A stretch of 32,000 nt of DNA from Pseudomonas aeruginosa (GTDB lineage Bacteria; Pseudomonadota; Gammaproteobacteria; Pseudomonadales; Pseudomonadaceae), in NCBI RefSeq assembly GCF_001457615.1, contig NZ_LN831024.1:660001-692000 (forward strand), in the 5' to 3' direction. Below, piece after piece: positions 29,324 through 32,000 of this stretch. Position numbers and translations under genes: made by a program. The number at the start of each line of letters is the position of its first letter. Within the stretch, counting starts at the first letter, position 1. Below the pieces are notes generated by a model. That model was given only the letters and a program-made list of their open reading frames with translations, was not told the DNA's origin and searched no databases.

Positions 29324-30358
29324 ATGATCAAGGTCGGCATCGTTGGCGGTACGGGTTATACGGGCGTGGAACTGCTGCGCCTGCTGGCGCAGCATCCGCA
29401 GGCCCGGGTGGAAGTGATCACTTCGCGTTCCGAGGCGGGGGTGAAGGTCGCCGACATGTACCCGAACCTGCGAGGTCATTATGACGACCTGCAGTTCAGC
29501 GTGCCGGACGCGCAGCGCCTCGGCGCCTGCGACGTGGTGTTCTTCGCCACGCCGCACGGCGTGGCGCACGCGCTGGCTGGCGAACTGCTGGACGCGGGGA
29601 CCCGGGTCATCGATCTGTCCGCTGACTTCCGCCTGGCGGACGCCGAGGAGTGGGCGCGCTGGTACGGCCAGCCGCATGGCGCTCCGGCGCTGCTCGACGA
29701 GGCTGTCTACGGCCTGCCGGAAGTGAACCGCGAGAAGATCCGCCAGGCCCGCCTGATCGCCGTGCCGGGTTGCTACCCGACCGCGACCCAACTGGGCCTG
29801 ATCCCGCTGCTGGAGGCCGGCCTGGCCGACGCCTCGCGGCTGATCGCCGATTGCAAGTCCGGGGTCAGCGGCGCCGGTCGGGGCGCCAAGGTTGGCTCGC
29901 TGTTCTGCGAGGCGGGCGAAAGCATGATGGCCTACGCGGTCAAGGGGCATCGGCATCTCCCGGAAATCAGCCAGGGCCTGCGTCGGGCCTCCGGCGGCGA
30001 CGTCGGGCTGACGTTCGTACCGCACCTGACGCCAATGATCCGCGGTATCCATGCAACCCTCTATGCCCATGTCGCGGATCGCTCGGTCGACCTCCAGGCG
30101 CTGTTCGAGAAGCGCTACGCCGACGAACCCTTCGTCGACGTGATGCCGGCCGGCAGCCATCCGGAGACCCGTAGCGTGCGTGGCGCCAATGTCTGCCGAA
30201 TCGCCGTGCATCGCCCCCAGGGCGGCGACCTGGTGGTGGTGCTGTCGGTGATCGACAACCTGGTCAAGGGCGCCTCGGGTCAGGCGCTCCAGAACATGAA
30301 CATCCTGTTCGGGCTGGACGAGCGCCTGGGCCTCTCGCATGCGGCCCTGCTCCCCTGA
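29324..30358 (+). CDS. argC: N-acetyl-gamma-glutamyl-phosphate reductase
   Basis: '[22 protein letters not shown]', '[22 protein letters not shown]', '[11 protein letters not shown]'. Confidence 0.98.
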   Translation: MIKVGIVGGTGYTGVELLRLLAQHPQARVEVITSRSEAGVKVADMYPNLRGHYDDLQFSVPDAQRLGACDVVFFATPHGVAHALAGELLDAGTRVIDLSADFRLADAEEWARWYGQPHGAPALLDEAVYGLPEVNREKIRQARLIAVPGCYPTATQLGLIPLLEAGLADASRLIADCKSGVSGAGRGAKVGSLFCEAGESMMAYAVKGHRHLPEISQGLRRASGGDVGLTFVPHLTPMIRGIHATLYAHVADRSVDLQALFEKRYADEPFVDVMPAGSHPETRSVRGANVCRIAVHRPQGGDLVVVLSVIDNLVKGASGQALQNMNILFGLDERLGLSHAALLP

Positions 30359-31077
30359 TGTCCGGCTGGGAACTCCAGTTCCGTGATCCACGGCGGGCCT
30401 GGCTGGTCCGCCTCGGGGTGGGTGCGCTGCTGCTGGCGGTTCCGCTGGCGTTTCTCGGCGGTCGCTGGTCGACCGGGGCGGACGCCGCTCGCAGCGAGGC
30501 CGATGCGCAACGCCAGGAAACCCTGATCGGCGAGCAGAAGGCCGAGCTGGAGCGCCTGCGTACCGAAATCGAGGTGTTGCGCAGCGGAGAACGCCTCAGC
30601 CAGCAGGCCACCGAACAGAGCCGGCAGACCATCAAGCTGCTTGAGGACCAGGTGTTCAAGCAGCAACAGGACATCGCGTTCTACAAGGGGGTAGTCGCGC
30701 CGGCCAGCAAGGCGGATGCGCTGGAAATCCGTGCCTTTGAGGTGCAGGGCACGGACGACCCGCAGCGCTTCCGCTATAAGGTGATGCTCAGCCGCCTGGG
30801 CAGGGACGACCGCAAGCTGGATGGGCGGCTGAAAGTCCGCATCAGCGGCAAGCTGGCGCGCAAGGACGCTACCTACGACCTCGAACAGCTCTCGCCGGAA
30901 CTGGGCAAGACAGGGCTGTCGATTTCCCTCCGGCATTTCCAGTCGATCCCAGAAGGGGGGCGTTTCGCCGAGCTGGAGCTGCCGAAGAACTTCATCCCGA
31001 AGCTGATCGACGTACGTGCGGAGCTGAATGGCCAGTCCAAACCGCTACAGCGCCGTTTCGATTGGCCGAAGCAGTGA
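30358..31077 (+). CDS. Conserved membrane-anchored coiled-coil protein, function unknown
   Basis: 239 aa, start overlapping argC stop; single N-terminal TM 'VRLGVGALLLAVPLAFLGG' followed by coiled coil. Confidence 0.85.
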   Translation: MSGWELQFRDPRRAWLVRLGVGALLLAVPLAFLGGRWSTGADAARSEADAQRQETLIGEQKAELERLRTEIEVLRSGERLSQQATEQSRQTIKLLEDQVFKQQQDIAFYKGVVAPASKADALEIRAFEVQGTDDPQRFRYKVMLSRLGRDDRKLDGRLKVRISGKLARKDATYDLEQLSPELGKTGLSISLRHFQSIPEGGRFAELELPKNFIPKLIDVRAELNGQSKPLQRRFDWPKQ

Positions 31078-31086
31078 GTGAGCATT

Positions 31087-31500
31087 ATGTGGAGCAAGAA
31101 CAAAGGCCGGGCCGACGTCCAGCGTTTCACCGGGCAGACCAGCCTGATCGCCAGCGGCGCCGAACTGGTCGGTGACATGAACCTCAAGGGCGCGGTGCAG
31201 ATCGACGGCACCGTCCGCGGAGCGTTGCAGGCGCACGAAGGGCTGGTGCGGGTCAGCGCCGGCGGTCGAGTCGATGGCGAAATCCGGGCCCCCCATGTGA
31301 TCATCGACGGTCAGGTGGATGGCGACATCCATGCCATCGAACGCCTGGAGCTGGGGGCCCAGGCCCGGGTGAAGGGCAATCTTCACTATGGGCTGATCGA
31401 AACCGCCATGGGGGCCCAGATCGAGGGCCGCCTGTGCCCGATGACCGAGGCCAGTCCGCGCCCGCTGGAACTGCCTGCCAGCGTGGAAACTGTGGATTAG
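31087..31500 (+). CDS. Bactofilin-family cytoskeletal protein
   Basis: 'MWSKNKGRADVQRFTGQTSLIASGAELVGDMNLKGAVQIDGTVRGALQAHEG...VIIDGQVDGDIHAIERLELGAQARVKGNL' beta-helical repeat; alternative start GTG at 31078. Confidence 0.9.
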   Translation: MWSKNKGRADVQRFTGQTSLIASGAELVGDMNLKGAVQIDGTVRGALQAHEGLVRVSAGGRVDGEIRAPHVIIDGQVDGDIHAIERLELGAQARVKGNLHYGLIETAMGAQIEGRLCPMTEASPRPLELPASVETVD

Positions 31501-31577
31501 TTGACCATTTTTCTGGGACAAGAGGATAATGGGCGTAATGTTGTAACGCACGGCCTCAAGCCGGGAGATTCGGAAAC

Positions 31578-31928
31578 ATGAGCATCGAGACCTTCACCCC
31601 TACGCCCCTGCTCTTTACCCCAGGCGCAGCCAACAAGGTGAAGACGTTGATTGACGAAGAGGGCAATCCTCGCCTGAAACTGCGTGTATTCGTCACCGGC
31701 GGCGGTTGCTCGGGCTTCCAGTATGGCTTCACCTTCGACGAAGATATCGCCGATGACGATACCGTGATCGAGCGCGATGGCGTGGGCCTGGTGGTGGACC
31801 CGATGAGCTTCCAGTACCTGGCGGGCTCGGAAGTCGACTACCAGGAAGGCCTGGAAGGTTCGAGGTTCGTCATCAAGAACCCGAACGCCGCCACGACTTG
31901 CGGTTGCGGACAGTCGTTCTCGATCTGA
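31578..31928 (+). CDS. erpA: Iron-sulfur cluster insertion protein, A-type
   Basis: 116 aa; '[15 protein letters not shown]' and C-terminal '[11 protein letters not shown]' cysteines. Confidence 0.96.
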   Translation: MSIETFTPTPLLFTPGAANKVKTLIDEEGNPRLKLRVFVTGGGCSGFQYGFTFDEDIADDDTVIERDGVGLVVDPMSFQYLAGSEVDYQEGLEGSRFVIKNPNAATTCGCGQSFSI

Positions 31929-31945
31929 CGTCGATGGGGCCGCTA

Positions 31946-31980
31946 CGAAAACGCCGCGCTTATATGCGCGGCGTTTTCGT
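31946..31980. terminator. Intrinsic terminator downstream of erpA
   Basis: CGAAAACGCCGCGC-TTATAT-GCGCGGCGTTTTCG. Confidence 0.92.
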
Positions 31981-32000
31981 TTCAGGCGGGATACAGCGCG

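Noticed and set aside
29291-30391. 366-aa antisense ORF opposite argC
   Set aside because: Shadow ORF; argC is unambiguous.

Overview
This window is a Pseudomonas aeruginosa-type chromosomal locus. An R-type pyocin (P2-like contractile tailocin) cluster sits between trpE (partial, left edge) and trpGDC. Order: trpE' | prtN, prtR (minus) | ptrB-like, antiterminator-like gene | holin, unknown tail gene, spike(V), W, J, I, fibre(H), fibre chaperone(G), sheath(FI), tube(FII), E/E' chaperone, tape measure(T), U, X, D, GH19 endolysin, Rz/Rz1-like spanins | trpG-trpD-trpC | vfr (minus) | OsmC-like, speD, coq7 (minus), HIT (minus), AAA+ ATPase, SDR (minus), DUF805-like (minus), nitronate monooxygenase-like (minus), hemJ-like (minus), argC, membrane/coiled-coil protein, bactofilin, erpA. 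No capsid, portal, terminase, integrase or replication genes were seen, and no F-type pyocin tail module lies between the spanins and trpG. The cluster is a known system. The less-explained details are: several strong intrinsic terminators inside the structural operon together with an upstream antiterminator-like gene; a divergent promoter pair that may give a leaderless prtR mRNA; a long unexplained leader before ptrB; an overlapping +1/-2 frame ORF for the GpE-type tail chaperone; and a compositionally distinct fibre tip. I did not find convincing evidence for a wholly new system.
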